This document shows, piece after piece, positions 48,977 to 58,844 of a DNA stretch of 64,000 nt. The stretch is from assembly GCA_963664075.1 (NCBI GenBank), contig OY760916.1, forward strand, positions 4,124,710 through 4,188,709, written 5' to 3'. The notes beneath the pieces were generated by a model. It was not told where the DNA came from. It ran no database searches and was given only the letters and a program-made list of their open reading frames with translations. The DNA is from an uncultured Desulfobulbus sp. GTDB lineage: Bacteria > Desulfobacterota > Desulfobulbia > Desulfobulbales > Desulfobulbaceae. Each line of letters begins with the position of its first letter. Position 1 is the first letter of the stretch. The translations under genes and the position numbers were made by a program.

Positions 48977-49675
48977 TCAATCGTCTCGACAGCAGGAGGT
49001 CTGCAAAACATGTTGGTACATGGTTTCCACAACCTCCTCAGCGGAGAGTTTGGTGGAATCTATGGTTATCGCATCCAGGGCCGCTGCCAGCGGTGCCAGG
49101 CTGCGTTCCCGGTCATCCTTGTCGCGTTGAATGATCTGGGCAAGCAGTTCCGCCTCATTGACTGACTCCCCTTTGCTTTTCAGCTGGGCCGCTCGGCGTT
49201 GGGCTCGCTCTTCAGGGCTGGCATCCAAAAAGAATTTCCAGGCCGCTTCCGGAAAAACCACGGTACCGGTATCACGTCCTTCGGCAACGATACGTCCCCC
49301 TTTTCCAATCTCCTGCTGAAGACGAGTCAGGGTCTTGCGGACGGCGGGCAGGCTGGAATATTTGGAGGCAAGCATCCCCATCTCGGGGGTCCGCAACTCC
49401 GGGCCTATCTCATTCCCATTCACGACCACCCGCACGTCATCGCCACCTGCTTGGGGCGGCAAAAGCTCCATGCGTATGGAAGCGAGCAGTTGATTGAGTT
49501 CTTCTGTTTCTTCCGGGGCTACCCCATTATTTGTACACTGATAGGCGACAGCCCGGTACATGGCTCCCGTATCCAGGTAGGTAAAATAGAGCTTAGCCGC
49601 CAGGGCCCGGGAGGCGGTTGATTTCCCGCCCCCTGAGGGACCATCAATGGTGACAATACGTTTACGAATGGACAT
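48977..49675 (-). CDS. cmk: Cytidylate kinase
   Basis: IDGPSGGGKST, LDTGAMYRA, EGRDTGTVVFP. Start ATG 49675. Confidence 0.96.
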   Translation of the reverse strand: MSIRKRIVTIDGPSGGGKSTASRALAAKLYFTYLDTGAMYRAVAYQCTNNGVAPEETEELNQLLASIRMELLPPQAGGDDVRVVVNGNEIGPELRTPEMGMLASKYSSLPAVRKTLTRLQQEIGKGGRIVAEGRDTGTVVFPEAAWKFFLDASPEERAQRRAAQLKSKGESVNEAELLAQIIQRDKDDRERSLAPLAAALDAITIDSTKLSAEEVVETMYQHVLQTSCCRDD

Positions 49676-50780
49676 AGCCGAGATCCTGCAGACACTCGCC
49701 AAGAGCTGTTGCAAAACGTTGATTCTCGGCCTCAGTCCCCACGGTAATTCGAATAAAATTGGGATACCCGTAGGCCTTCATAGAACGAACAATCACACCT
49801 TTATAGAGCATGGCCTCATAGAGTTTAGTGGCATCCCCCTGGACATCAATTAGAAAAAAATTGGTGTGCGAAGGGTAGGGGATGCAGCCCAATGTACGCA
49901 CCTCTGCACTGAGCCAGGCGCGGCCATCGCGGGTCCCGTTGAGGGTACGCTCGTAGTGATCAACGTCCTCTAACGCGGCCAGAGCTCCAGCCTGGGCGGG
50001 CAGGTTGATGTTAAAGGGCTGTCGCACCCGGTGGAGCATGGAGGCGAGATCACGGTGCATGATTCCAAAGCCAACCCGCAGACCAGCCAGACCAAAGGCC
50101 TTGGAAAAGGTGCGCAGGCCAACGACGGCAGGAATATCCGCGCAGTTGGCAATATAGCCCAACAGGTCAACCCGTTCTTCAGGATCGACAAAATCCACAT
50201 AGGCCTCATCAAGGACCACTATCACCGACTGGGGCAGCGACCGCAAAAAGCTGTCAAACTCTGCCTTGGTAATCAGCGTCCCGGTGGGGTTATTGGGATT
50301 ATCAATAAAAATCAGACGGGTACGATCCGTCACCGCAGCAGTGATCGCTTCCAGATCATGGCGCATATCCTTCAGCGGAACAACCACGTTTTCTCCACCA
50401 CGGACCTGGACAAACTTCTGGTACATCAGAAAAGAAGGGTGGCTGGTGATAACCATATCGCCACTGCCCACACAGGCCTTGACCAGAAATTCAATTACCT
50501 CATTGGAACCGTTGCCCAGGACAATTTCTTCCGGCGCACAACCAACCCATGTTGCCAAGGCATCGGTGAGATAATAACTCGATCCATCCGGGTAACGGTG
50601 GAGGTTGCTCAGCATCTGAGCAATGGCTTCCACGGCCTTGGGCGAAGGGCCCCAGGGATTCTCGTTGGAGGCCAGTTTGATTGCGTTTGTTACCCCGTAC
50701 TCCCGCTCCAGCTCATCCATGGGTTTGCCAGGGGGGTAAGGGACGATATCACGAATATTTTGGGGAACTGTGAGTTGCAT
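49662..50780 (-). CDS. hisC: Histidinol-phosphate aminotransferase
   Basis: KLASNENPWG, NGSNE, NPNNPTG, LDEAY, RTFSKAFGLAGLRVG. Confidence 0.95.
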   Translation of the reverse strand: MQLTVPQNIRDIVPYPPGKPMDELEREYGVTNAIKLASNENPWGPSPKAVEAIAQMLSNLHRYPDGSSYYLTDALATWVGCAPEEIVLGNGSNEVIEFLVKACVGSGDMVITSHPSFLMYQKFVQVRGGENVVVPLKDMRHDLEAITAAVTDRTRLIFIDNPNNPTGTLITKAEFDSFLRSLPQSVIVVLDEAYVDFVDPEERVDLLGYIANCADIPAVVGLRTFSKAFGLAGLRVGFGIMHRDLASMLHRVRQPFNINLPAQAGALAALEDVDHYERTLNGTRDGRAWLSAEVRTLGCIPYPSHTNFFLIDVQGDATKLYEAMLYKGVIVRSMKAYGYPNFIRITVGTEAENQRFATALGECLQDLGYVHS

Positions 50781-50782
50781 AA

Positions 50783-52243
50783 TCAGGCGATGACCGGTTT
50801 CTTACCGACCACTCCGGCACGTTGTTCAAGGTTATAGGCTGCTCTCAAGAGAATCTCTTCATTGAAGTGCGCCGCCTGCAGTTGCATGCCAATGGGCAGA
50901 CCGGTACTGCTGAAGCCACAGGGGACCGACATACCGGGAATTCCAGCAAGGTTGGCTGAGAGCGTTAGAATATCAGAAAGATACATGGCTAGGGGATCAT
51001 CGGCTTTCTCTCCCATCTTCCAGGAAGGCGTGGGGCAGACCGGGGAAACCATCAAATCACACTGGCCAAAGGCCTTGGCAAAGTCATTCTTGATCAGGGT
51101 CCGTACCTGGGAGGCCTTCTTGTAAAAGGCGTCATAATAGCCTGAGGAGAGGGCGTAGGTCCCGATAAGGATACGACGCTTGACCTCATCACCAAACCCC
51201 TGGGAACGGGAACGGTTATACATTTCGATTAAGGAGTCGGCCCCCTTATCGCGAAAACCGTAGCGCACACCATCAAAGCGCGCCAGGTTGGAGCTGGCCT
51301 CGGCGGGCGCGATAAGATAGTACACGGCAACGCAGTAATCGGTATGGGGCAGGTTGACCTCAACGATCTCAGCGCCAGCCTCCTGGAGCATGGTGATACC
51401 ATCACGCACGGATTTTTCGACCTCGGGATCAAGTCCCTGGCCGAAGTACTCCTGGGGGATGCCCACCTTCACGCCCTTGAGTCCCTCTGTGAGTGAGGCG
51501 GTGAAATCGGGGACATCAATCTTGATGGAGGTCGAATCCAGGGGATCATGGCCGCTGATGGCATTCATCATCAGGGCACAGTCACGCACATCTTTGGTCA
51601 GCGGGCCGACCTGATCAAGTGAGGAGGCAAAGGCCACCAGGCCATAGCGGGAAACCCGGCCATAGGTCGGTTTCATCCCCACGGTGCCGCAGAGCGAGGC
51701 TGGCTGGCGAATGGAGCCACCGGTATCAGAGCCCAGAGTTGCAAAACACTCATCGGCCGCTACTGCCGCTGCTGAGCCACCACTGGAGCCACCGGCCACA
51801 TAGCCAAGCTTCCAGGGATTGTGCGGGGTTGAGAAGGCACAGTTTTCACTGGTGGAGCCCATGGCAAACTCGTCCATGGCCAACTTCCCCAGGAGCACGG
51901 AACCCGCATCTTTGAGCTTAGAGACCGTGGTCGCGTCGTAGGGAGCAACAAAGTTTTCCAGCATGCGGGAGCCACAGGTGGTGGGCATGGTGGTGGTGCA
52001 GAGCACATCTTTAATCGCCAGGGGCACGCCGCAGAGCGAACCTCCCTGACCATTTTTTCGCTGTGAATCGGCTTCCTCGGCCTGGCGCAATGCGCCTTCG
52101 CGATCCAGGGCCAGATAGGCTTGAACCTTGGGTTCCACCTGGTCAATGCGGTTGAGCACGGCTTCGGTAAGTGCCACCGAGGTGGTCTCACCGGAGTCAA
52201 GCAGATCCAGGGCCTCATGTACGGTTAATGCAGAGAGTTCCAT
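50783..52243 (-). CDS. gatA: Asp/Glu-tRNA amidotransferase subunit A
   Basis: AIKD, GGSSGGSAAAV, GSDTGGSIRQPA, ILIGTYALSSGYYDA. Start ATG 52243. Confidence 0.97.
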   Translation of the reverse strand: MELSALTVHEALDLLDSGETTSVALTEAVLNRIDQVEPKVQAYLALDREGALRQAEEADSQRKNGQGGSLCGVPLAIKDVLCTTTMPTTCGSRMLENFVAPYDATTVSKLKDAGSVLLGKLAMDEFAMGSTSENCAFSTPHNPWKLGYVAGGSSGGSAAAVAADECFATLGSDTGGSIRQPASLCGTVGMKPTYGRVSRYGLVAFASSLDQVGPLTKDVRDCALMMNAISGHDPLDSTSIKIDVPDFTASLTEGLKGVKVGIPQEYFGQGLDPEVEKSVRDGITMLQEAGAEIVEVNLPHTDYCVAVYYLIAPAEASSNLARFDGVRYGFRDKGADSLIEMYNRSRSQGFGDEVKRRILIGTYALSSGYYDAFYKKASQVRTLIKNDFAKAFGQCDLMVSPVCPTPSWKMGEKADDPLAMYLSDILTLSANLAGIPGMSVPCGFSSTGLPIGMQLQAAHFNEEILLRAAYNLEQRAGVVGKKPVIA

Positions 52244-52292
52244 GGGAGCGTGTATGTAAAAGGGGAAAGGAATATTTATAAAGCAGAGTCGA

Positions 52293-52580
52293 TCAGCTGA
52301 TAACGCGGGGAACGACAAAGGCCTCACCGTTCTGTTCCGGACCGTTTTGGAGGGCACGATCACGATCCAGGGAGGGACGAACCTCGTCTTCACGGAAGGC
52401 GTTCACCACATTCTGGGTATGGGTGGTTACCGGGACGCCTGTGGTATCAAGCTCATCAAGTTTCGCCACATAAGACAAAATGGAATCGAGTTGACCGGTC
52501 ATGCGGTCCACATCGGCCTCGGACAGGTCAAGACGGGCCAGTTTGGCCACATGCTGTACTTCTTCACGGGTAATTTTCAT
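52293..52580 (-). CDS. gatC: Asp/Glu-tRNA amidotransferase subunit C
   Basis: MKITREEVQHVAKLARL...FVVPRVI. Confidence 0.96.
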   Translation of the reverse strand: MKITREEVQHVAKLARLDLSEADVDRMTGQLDSILSYVAKLDELDTTGVPVTTHTQNVVNAFREDEVRPSLDRDRALQNGPEQNGEAFVVPRVIS

Positions 52581-52637
52581 AGCTATTTCAGGAATAAGAC
52601 TCAGAGGACTTTTGCGGTGTTGTTCACAAGAAAACAG

Positions 52638-53693
52638 CTACTGTTTATACAGCGAACGCTCGGAAAGAACAACCCCTGCAAAAATCTCTACCAATTCGGG
52701 GTCAAATTGGGTTCCTGCGCAGCGACGCAGCTCACCAATGGCCTCGGGGATGGAAAGATTTTTGCGGTAATTACGGCGGGAGGTCATGGCATCATAACTG
52801 TCGACGATGGTGATAATCCGGGTCAGGGTATCAATATCATCACCGCTAATTCCATCGGGATAGCCCGTCCCATCGAGTCGCTCATGGTGATGACGGATGA
52901 TTGCCTGTTCACGATCCATGAAACTCAGCGGTTCTATGATGCTGGCTCCAATGGCGGGATGTTTTTTAATTAAGGACCATTCTTCGGGAGTCAAATTGCC
53001 GGGTTTTCGTATGCAGGAGAGATCAATCACCAGCTTACCGATATCATGAAACTGGGAAGCGCGTTGGAGGACTAAGAGATCTTCTGCATTAAGCCGGGCA
53101 GACTGACCAAGAAGCATGGCAAGTTCTGTGACGCGCACGGTGTGCCCGGCTGTGTACCCATCTTTTTCTTCCATGGCTGCCTGCAGGCTGGACATGATCT
53201 GGACAGTAGCGTCCTCAAGATGGTTGCTATAGCGCTCGAGAAGTTGGTTTTTTTCCTCAAGCTCCCGGGTCTTGGCCTCAACCTCGACTTCGAGATTTTT
53301 TTTATAAGCCTTTTCCTGCAAAAGAAACCGACGTTTTTCCACCGCCTGCTTCACCTTGACATGAAACAACTCGATATCGGCTATGGGTTTGGTCAGGAAA
53401 TCGTAGGCCCCCAGGTGGATAGCTTTAACAGCGTAATCCATAGAGCCGACACCGGTTAAAAATAGAACGGGGATATCAACAGAGAGCTCATTGAGCTGCT
53501 CAAGAGTTTCAAACCCATCCATGCCTGGCATATTGATATCGAGAACAATGACGTCAAAATCATCGGAGACCTGCTCCAATACCTCTCGCCCCGACTCAAC
53601 GGCCACCACCTCATGATCAAAAAGGTGGAGGATTTTTTGAATCGCCAAACGAACTAGACTATCATCATCGGCTACGAGTATCTTTGACCCCAT
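52638..53693 (-). CDS. Response regulator with HD-GYP cyclic-dinucleotide phosphodiesterase domain
   Basis: REC (LDINMPGMDG), HTVRV, FHDIGK, HHERLDGTGYP, DSYDAMTS. Confidence 0.92.
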   Translation of the reverse strand: MGSKILVADDDSLVRLAIQKILHLFDHEVVAVESGREVLEQVSDDFDVIVLDINMPGMDGFETLEQLNELSVDIPVLFLTGVGSMDYAVKAIHLGAYDFLTKPIADIELFHVKVKQAVEKRRFLLQEKAYKKNLEVEVEAKTRELEEKNQLLERYSNHLEDATVQIMSSLQAAMEEKDGYTAGHTVRVTELAMLLGQSARLNAEDLLVLQRASQFHDIGKLVIDLSCIRKPGNLTPEEWSLIKKHPAIGASIIEPLSFMDREQAIIRHHHERLDGTGYPDGISGDDIDTLTRIITIVDSYDAMTSRRNYRKNLSIPEAIGELRRCAGTQFDPELVEIFAGVVLSERSLYKQ

Positions 53694-53918
53694 ACATCAT
53701 CCTGAACGATCGGGAACAATAAAATGCGCTAAAAGGTTGGCACACAGAGCCTGCCAGGCCACGAACTGTCGTCAGCTTAGTTTCCCACAAAACGGAGATT
53801 GAGAAAAGATTAAATCTCATCCGCCTTCATCTTCTGGACAATTTTTTTGAATTTATTGGAAAAAGGAGACAGCCCTGTTCAGTTGATGGAGATATATTTA
53901 TCCGGGACTTCTCCCTTT

Positions 53919-54608
53919 TTAGGGGCTCAGTAAGGAAATCCTGGTTTCCGGAACACCAGGGGGGCCATGGGTTCCCCGATAACGTACAAAAAGATTATCA
54001 TCTTTTCGAAACCAATATTCCGCCGACCAGATTGCCGAGAGCAGCCCCTCCAGGCGAATAACGACCTTATTGGCCCACACCTCCTTACCATCACTCTCCA
54101 GCAAACGCCCACTCCCTCCTCGCTTTGCCTGCAGGGTCAATGCTTCGAGATTGTCTGGACGAACTGTCCAGAAACTGACTGTATCCTCTTGACGCTCTTC
54201 CATGCAACGCAGAGAAAAAGACAGGGGTTGATACCAGGGGCGTTTATCAATTTTTTCTCTTTTATCTATCTTTTTCCCTTCAAAAACACCCGAGTACACC
54301 AGAAAGTTTCCCGTTCGCTCCACTCGAATATCGATGTCAGGGGTTCTGGTATAATGCCAGGACAGTGTCCCTCCCTGAGGCGTATTCACACTGACAAAGA
54401 CCTCCTCTTTCTGCCGTTGGGTAACTGTAAGCGTGACTTCTTCGGGTTCTTTCTCAAGTTGCCAGACAAAAACAAAGCTGTCATCACCCGTCTGCTCCTG
54501 ATAGCGCACTTCCTGAATAGAGCCAAAAGCCTCTGAAAAGGGAAAAGCGACGAGGGTAACAACCCAAATAAACAAACAGAGAGGACAAGGACTCATTGTA
54601 GTTTTCAT
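53919..54608 (-). CDS. Exported hypothetical protein
   Basis: N-terminal signal-like hydrophobic stretch; ATGA overlap with the phoH stop. Confidence 0.75.
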   Translation of the reverse strand: MKTTMSPCPLCLFIWVVTLVAFPFSEAFGSIQEVRYQEQTGDDSFVFVWQLEKEPEEVTLTVTQRQKEEVFVSVNTPQGGTLSWHYTRTPDIDIRVERTGNFLVYSGVFEGKKIDKREKIDKRPWYQPLSFSLRCMEERQEDTVSFWTVRPDNLEALTLQAKRGGSGRLLESDGKEVWANKVVIRLEGLLSAIWSAEYWFRKDDNLFVRYRGTHGPPGVPETRISLLSP

Positions 54609-55942
54609 AGGAGTTCACTCGCAAGCATGGCCAGTTCGGAGCGCTCGCCTTTTTCAAGATTGACATGGGCATAGAGCGGCTGTCCCTGCATTTTTTCGAT
54701 CAGATGGCTCAGACCATTGGACTGGGTATCGAGATAGGGGTGATCAATTTGATGAATATCGCCAGTAAACACAACCTTGGTGCCCTCTCCAGCTCGAGTG
54801 ATAATGGCTTTGACCTCATGTGGGGTGAGGTTTTGGGCCTCATCCACAATCATGTACATCTGCACCAGGCTGCGTCCACGAATGTAAGCCAGTGGTTCGA
54901 TAATCAGCCGCTTCTCTTCCTGGAGCCTCTCTAAACTCTGCCCCATTTCGCTGTGCTCGGAGAATTGTCCACGAATCACAGACAAGTTGTCGTAAAGTGG
55001 CTGCATATACGGACCGATTTTCGAGTTAATGTCTCCGGGGAGGTAGCCTATATCTTTATTAGATAACGGAACAATAGGTCGAGCCAGCATGATCTGACGA
55101 TACTGGGATCGTTGCTCTAATGCGGCAGCCAGAGCCAAAAGTGTTTTTCCGGTCCCCGCCTTTCCAGACACAGTGACCAAAGGCACCTCCGAGTTACACA
55201 GGGCATGCACCGCAAAACTCTGCTCGGCATTGCGAGGAGTAATACCATAGACCGTGGCCCGCTGAATTTTTTCAAGAAGTTTGTCTTCCCCTTTATGGGT
55301 CGCTAAAACGGATTTTCGTCCGTTGCGCAGGATCAAATACTCGTTAGCCAGAAGCTCTTCTTCCTGTGCTAAAAGATTGAGAGCAATCCCTTCCGGGTTT
55401 GCGTGCAGAGCATCTATCAAGTTGGGATCCACGTCTTCCATGAGGCGACAACCACTGTACAATCCACCGATATTTTTGACATGATCGGTGGTGTAATCCT
55501 CCGCCATCAAGCCAACAGATTTGGCTTTCATCCGCAGGTTTACATCTTTGGTCACCAGAATGTAGCGCCTGGAAGGATTTTCTTTTGCAAGCCAATAGCC
55601 GATATTAAGTATCTGATGGTCCGGCTTGGAAGCTGAAGGAAAATGCTGACGCAAATCTTCATGAGTGAGCTGCTCAAGCTTGATAGAGACCCGCCCCTTA
55701 TCCGGTCCGATCTGGACGCCTCCATTGAGCAGTTTGCCCGCACTGAGATTGTCCAGAGTACGAACAAATTCTCGAGCATGAAAATTTACCGTTTGGTTCC
55801 CTTTTTTGAATTGATCGAGTTCCTCGAGAACGGTGATGGGAATAACAACGTCATGTTCCTGAAAATGATTTATGCAGGTCGAATCATGAAGAATGACATT
55901 GGTATCCAGGATAAAGGTTTTTGGGGAGGAGCTGTTGGTCAT
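54605..55942 (-). CDS. PIN-PhoH (PhoH2-type) protein
   Basis: ILDTNV PIN domain, LVTKDVNLRMKA, GKAGTGKT, YIRGRS, VDEAQN, GDIHQID. Start ATG 55942. Confidence 0.92.
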   Translation of the reverse strand: MTNSSSPKTFILDTNVILHDSTCINHFQEHDVVIPITVLEELDQFKKGNQTVNFHAREFVRTLDNLSAGKLLNGGVQIGPDKGRVSIKLEQLTHEDLRQHFPSASKPDHQILNIGYWLAKENPSRRYILVTKDVNLRMKAKSVGLMAEDYTTDHVKNIGGLYSGCRLMEDVDPNLIDALHANPEGIALNLLAQEEELLANEYLILRNGRKSVLATHKGEDKLLEKIQRATVYGITPRNAEQSFAVHALCNSEVPLVTVSGKAGTGKTLLALAAALEQRSQYRQIMLARPIVPLSNKDIGYLPGDINSKIGPYMQPLYDNLSVIRGQFSEHSEMGQSLERLQEEKRLIIEPLAYIRGRSLVQMYMIVDEAQNLTPHEVKAIITRAGEGTKVVFTGDIHQIDHPYLDTQSNGLSHLIEKMQGQPLYAHVNLEKGERSELAMLASELL

Positions 55943-56660
55943 GGGCGACTCGTTCCTCGGATTTAGGGGATTGACAGGGGAGAGTGAACCGGTGGAGGCA
56001 TCGCAGAGGTTGCCCGGGTTCCGGTTCAACGAAAAGACAGAGTGCGTCAATGAGCAGGGGCTCGTCAAGTAATGGTTCAAAAAGTTCCAAAAGACAGGTG
56101 TGAACTCGATCTTTTGTTTTATTGCTGGCCATTCGTACGGTCAGGGTAAAATGAAACCGATATTGCTCAAACACATACGGATACCCCCAGAGCTCAAGAT
56201 TTTTCTTTTCCTGGCCCGTAAGCTGAACTGCTTTTCTTCTGGCCAGCTCACTGGGTTTCAGCGGAGCTCTGAATCGATCAAAGGCTCGGGTACACAGAGA
56301 AGATAATCCCTGCAGTGTAGCGGAATGCCGGGTGGGACGAAGGCAAAAAAAGTTATCCAGCTGGGAAACTGTCAGGGGAGGGATAGTTATCTGTCGCTGA
56401 CTGGCAACAAAGTGTTCAACCGCCTGAAACAAATCCTGCTCCCGCAACCCTTCTTTTAACCTGAACGGAGCGACAATGGTCGCATGAAACCCATACCTGG
56501 AAGGTGCGCGGGTTATATCGACAATGGTCTCTCCATCCAGTCGGCGAAAGGCAGGCGGTGTTAACGACACCCCACTCACAGCATCCCTCCCCAGCCAGCG
56601 GCAGCCCTGAAGCCAGAGTGGTGAGGTAGGGGGTGGAGCAAAAAATAGAGCGTATCTCAT
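55884..56660 (-). CDS. DUF1045 protein (2H phosphoesterase-like, usually phn-linked)
   Basis: RYALFFAP, RYGFHAT, WGYPYV, FHFTLT. Confidence 0.85.
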   Translation of the reverse strand: MRYALFFAPPPTSPLWLQGCRWLGRDAVSGVSLTPPAFRRLDGETIVDITRAPSRYGFHATIVAPFRLKEGLREQDLFQAVEHFVASQRQITIPPLTVSQLDNFFCLRPTRHSATLQGLSSLCTRAFDRFRAPLKPSELARRKAVQLTGQEKKNLELWGYPYVFEQYRFHFTLTVRMASNKTKDRVHTCLLELFEPLLDEPLLIDALCLFVEPEPGQPLRCLHRFTLPCQSPKSEERVAHDQQLLPKNLYPGYQCHSS

Positions 56661-57077
56661 AAGAACTCAGCAGAAATAATAATTTGGAGCCAAGAGACTT
56701 CAGGCATGCCCCTGAACCAGAACAGAGGATGGAAAACGAAAAATCCCTTATTCAGGGAAAAGTACAATTTTCAAAAGAACGTTTTTGATACGCTTTCCTT
56801 TTTCCATATTCCGGTGAGGACTCTTCAAGTACCTTTGTACTGTGCGCACTATGCTCCTAAGTTTTTACCCCTCTGTTATAAAAGTATTATGATTCTGTAA
56901 AAAAGAATCTTTCTCAAATCTTCCTGACCAAAATATAACAACGGATTAACCCCAATATAATAACAGCCCACTAGATAAGGACCACATCTGCTTGGTTTCC
57001 TGATTGCCCTCTTCAATCCATGTGTTCTTAAGAGTGTATCGCCATCAGGCAAGCGCAAAATTAGCAAGGAGCGCTCC

Positions 57078-57944
57078 ATGTCCAAACTGCTTGTGGTCAT
57101 TATCGACGGACTCTGTACTGAAACGCTGTCCTGTGCCCACGTCCCCAGCCTGGACGGGCTGGCCAGACTCGGCATTCAGGGGGAACACCTGCAATCTCAA
57201 CAGGCGGCCCTCACCCTCCCAAATCTTATCAGTCTCTTTACCTCCCTTCCTCCCGAGGAGCATGGAGTGCTTTCCAATAGTGGTTCTGCGATTCTCTCGC
57301 CACTTGCGATCCCCCTCTTTTCTCTACTTCGCTATCGCCAACAGAATATTGCCGCCTTTTACAGCAGCGATCGTCTGCGAAATATTTTCCCCATGGGTTC
57401 TTTACAAACAGGGGTACTCATAAACTCGCAATCAATTCGAAACGTTGACCAGGAACTCAGCCAGCAGACAGCCCGCCATCTCCAACGGGAAAAACCAGAC
57501 TGCTGCCTGTTGTATCTAGAAGGCCCCAATATCACCGGAACTCATTTTGGCTTCTCCTCAGAACCCTATCTGGAGGCAGTGGAACAGGCTGGACGTTCCA
57601 TCAGCGTCATTATAGAACACCTGGCTTTTGTTGGTGCCGAACAGGAGTATTGCACCCTGGTTGTAGGTTGCTGTGGGGCGGCAGCCCAGCAGAGAGAGAA
57701 CAAATGTAGCTCACCGGTGTTTCTTTGCGGACCTGGTGTTCTCCAGGGACGAGTTGAGGAACAACCGCTCTCGCTCCTGGATCTGACTCCAACCATGGCC
57801 TCACTTCTAAATGTCGCCCCCCATCCCGATTGGCGTGGTCGAACCCTTTGCGAATGGTTTTATCCCAAAACTCTGGAGATGCGGCCTCTTTCGTCAAGAT
57901 TTACTCAGGCAGGGCACAGGCAAGAACAGCCACTTGCTGCCTGA
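57078..57944 (+). CDS. Alkaline-phosphatase-superfamily protein with degenerate metal ligands
   Basis: VIIDGL, TLPN, HGVLSN, DLTPT retained; the usual D..GH and SDHGG positions read PNITGT and GCCGA. Confidence 0.75.
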   Translation: MSKLLVVIIDGLCTETLSCAHVPSLDGLARLGIQGEHLQSQQAALTLPNLISLFTSLPPEEHGVLSNSGSAILSPLAIPLFSLLRYRQQNIAAFYSSDRLRNIFPMGSLQTGVLINSQSIRNVDQELSQQTARHLQREKPDCCLLYLEGPNITGTHFGFSSEPYLEAVEQAGRSISVIIEHLAFVGAEQEYCTLVVGCCGAAAQQRENKCSSPVFLCGPGVLQGRVEEQPLSLLDLTPTMASLLNVAPHPDWRGRTLCEWFYPKTLEMRPLSSRFTQAGHRQEQPLAA

Positions 57945-58037
57945 GACAAAAACTCTGTCTCTCTTCGTCTCTCCCTGGACATCCTTGAGTGTTCCCGGGC
58001 TTTCAATAAAGAATTTAACCCGTGGAGATAGCATCAA

Positions 58038-58814
58038 ATGTTTCGAATAGCCACTCTCAGCAATCCATGCGATCACATGCGCCCCGAGGAACTCACCTTA
58101 AAACTATCCCCGCTGCTCTCCCAGGGACTTGACCTTTTCTGCTGTCAGTCCGTGGGACAAAGCACCTCTCTACAAGGGGCCCCCCAGGACAACGAAGCCA
58201 TGCTTCTTGCCCAGCACATGGGATTGACCCACAGCTGCTTTGCTTCAGATCGAAAAAGAAAAAAATTGGGTAAAGATTCCTCTCTCCGTGGCCAGGTTAT
58301 TTTCTCTGGTCCTGGAGTCTGGGTACTCAATAGTGGAAGTTTCATCATTGGGGATGGGGACAACAAGGAAACCGTCCTCTTTGCTTTGGTCCGTAAAAAT
58401 GGATCTTCTGTTCTTGTCTTCAACTTTCACCTGGCAGGTACCGCCAAAAGACAGGAACAGCAGTTGTTACAGATTTTTCAGCAAAACATCCTGAAGGAAG
58501 CCTACGGTGCTGTGGCTATCTGTACTGACCGCCCCTCACTCCTTTCTCAAAAAAAATGGTTCAACATTGCTTCTCATTCCAACTATCTGCCCTTTCACTG
58601 TGAGACCAGCAACCAGGGTATGTTAGGCCTGTTCAAAGCTGCAAACGGCTCTATCACCCAATACCCCCTCGATTTCGATCAGGATACACTCCCAGGCTTG
58701 AGCATGCTGGTGGATGTGAAACGGACCCAAAAAAGTAGACGTTCCCGTCCTTCTTTTCCCCTCTCGTTTCGTGAGCAATGGCTTGGATACCGCGATAATC
58801 GCGTTTTTGCCTAA
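58038..58814 (+). CDS. Endonuclease/exonuclease/phosphatase-like protein, degenerate
   Basis: RIATLS, DLFCCQSV, VFNFHL, ICTDRP align with the usual ATxN, DxxCLQE, NTHL, GDFN motifs, but the key N/E/N/H residues are absent. Confidence 0.55.
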   Translation: MFRIATLSNPCDHMRPEELTLKLSPLLSQGLDLFCCQSVGQSTSLQGAPQDNEAMLLAQHMGLTHSCFASDRKRKKLGKDSSLRGQVIFSGPGVWVLNSGSFIIGDGDNKETVLFALVRKNGSSVLVFNFHLAGTAKRQEQQLLQIFQQNILKEAYGAVAICTDRPSLLSQKKWFNIASHSNYLPFHCETSNQGMLGLFKAANGSITQYPLDFDQDTLPGLSMLVDVKRTQKSRRSRPSFPLSFREQWLGYRDNRVFA

Positions 58815-58844
58815 ATATTTTCTATATGTTTCAAGGAGCATCTG

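Noticed and set aside
53744-53760. TGGCAC...TGC sigma54-like promoter
   Set aside because: The -24/-12 spacing is off by 2 nt and no plus-strand gene follows.
55884-55942. 59-nt overlap of DUF1045 with the phoH start as a sign of frameshift
   Set aside because: Both catalytic motifs and the domain end are intact upstream; a drifted stop codon explains the short tail.
56709-56757. CCCTGAA...TTCAGGG short inverted repeat resembling the MITE ends
   Set aside because: Only 7 bp match and the CCGTGA part is missing; compatible with chance.
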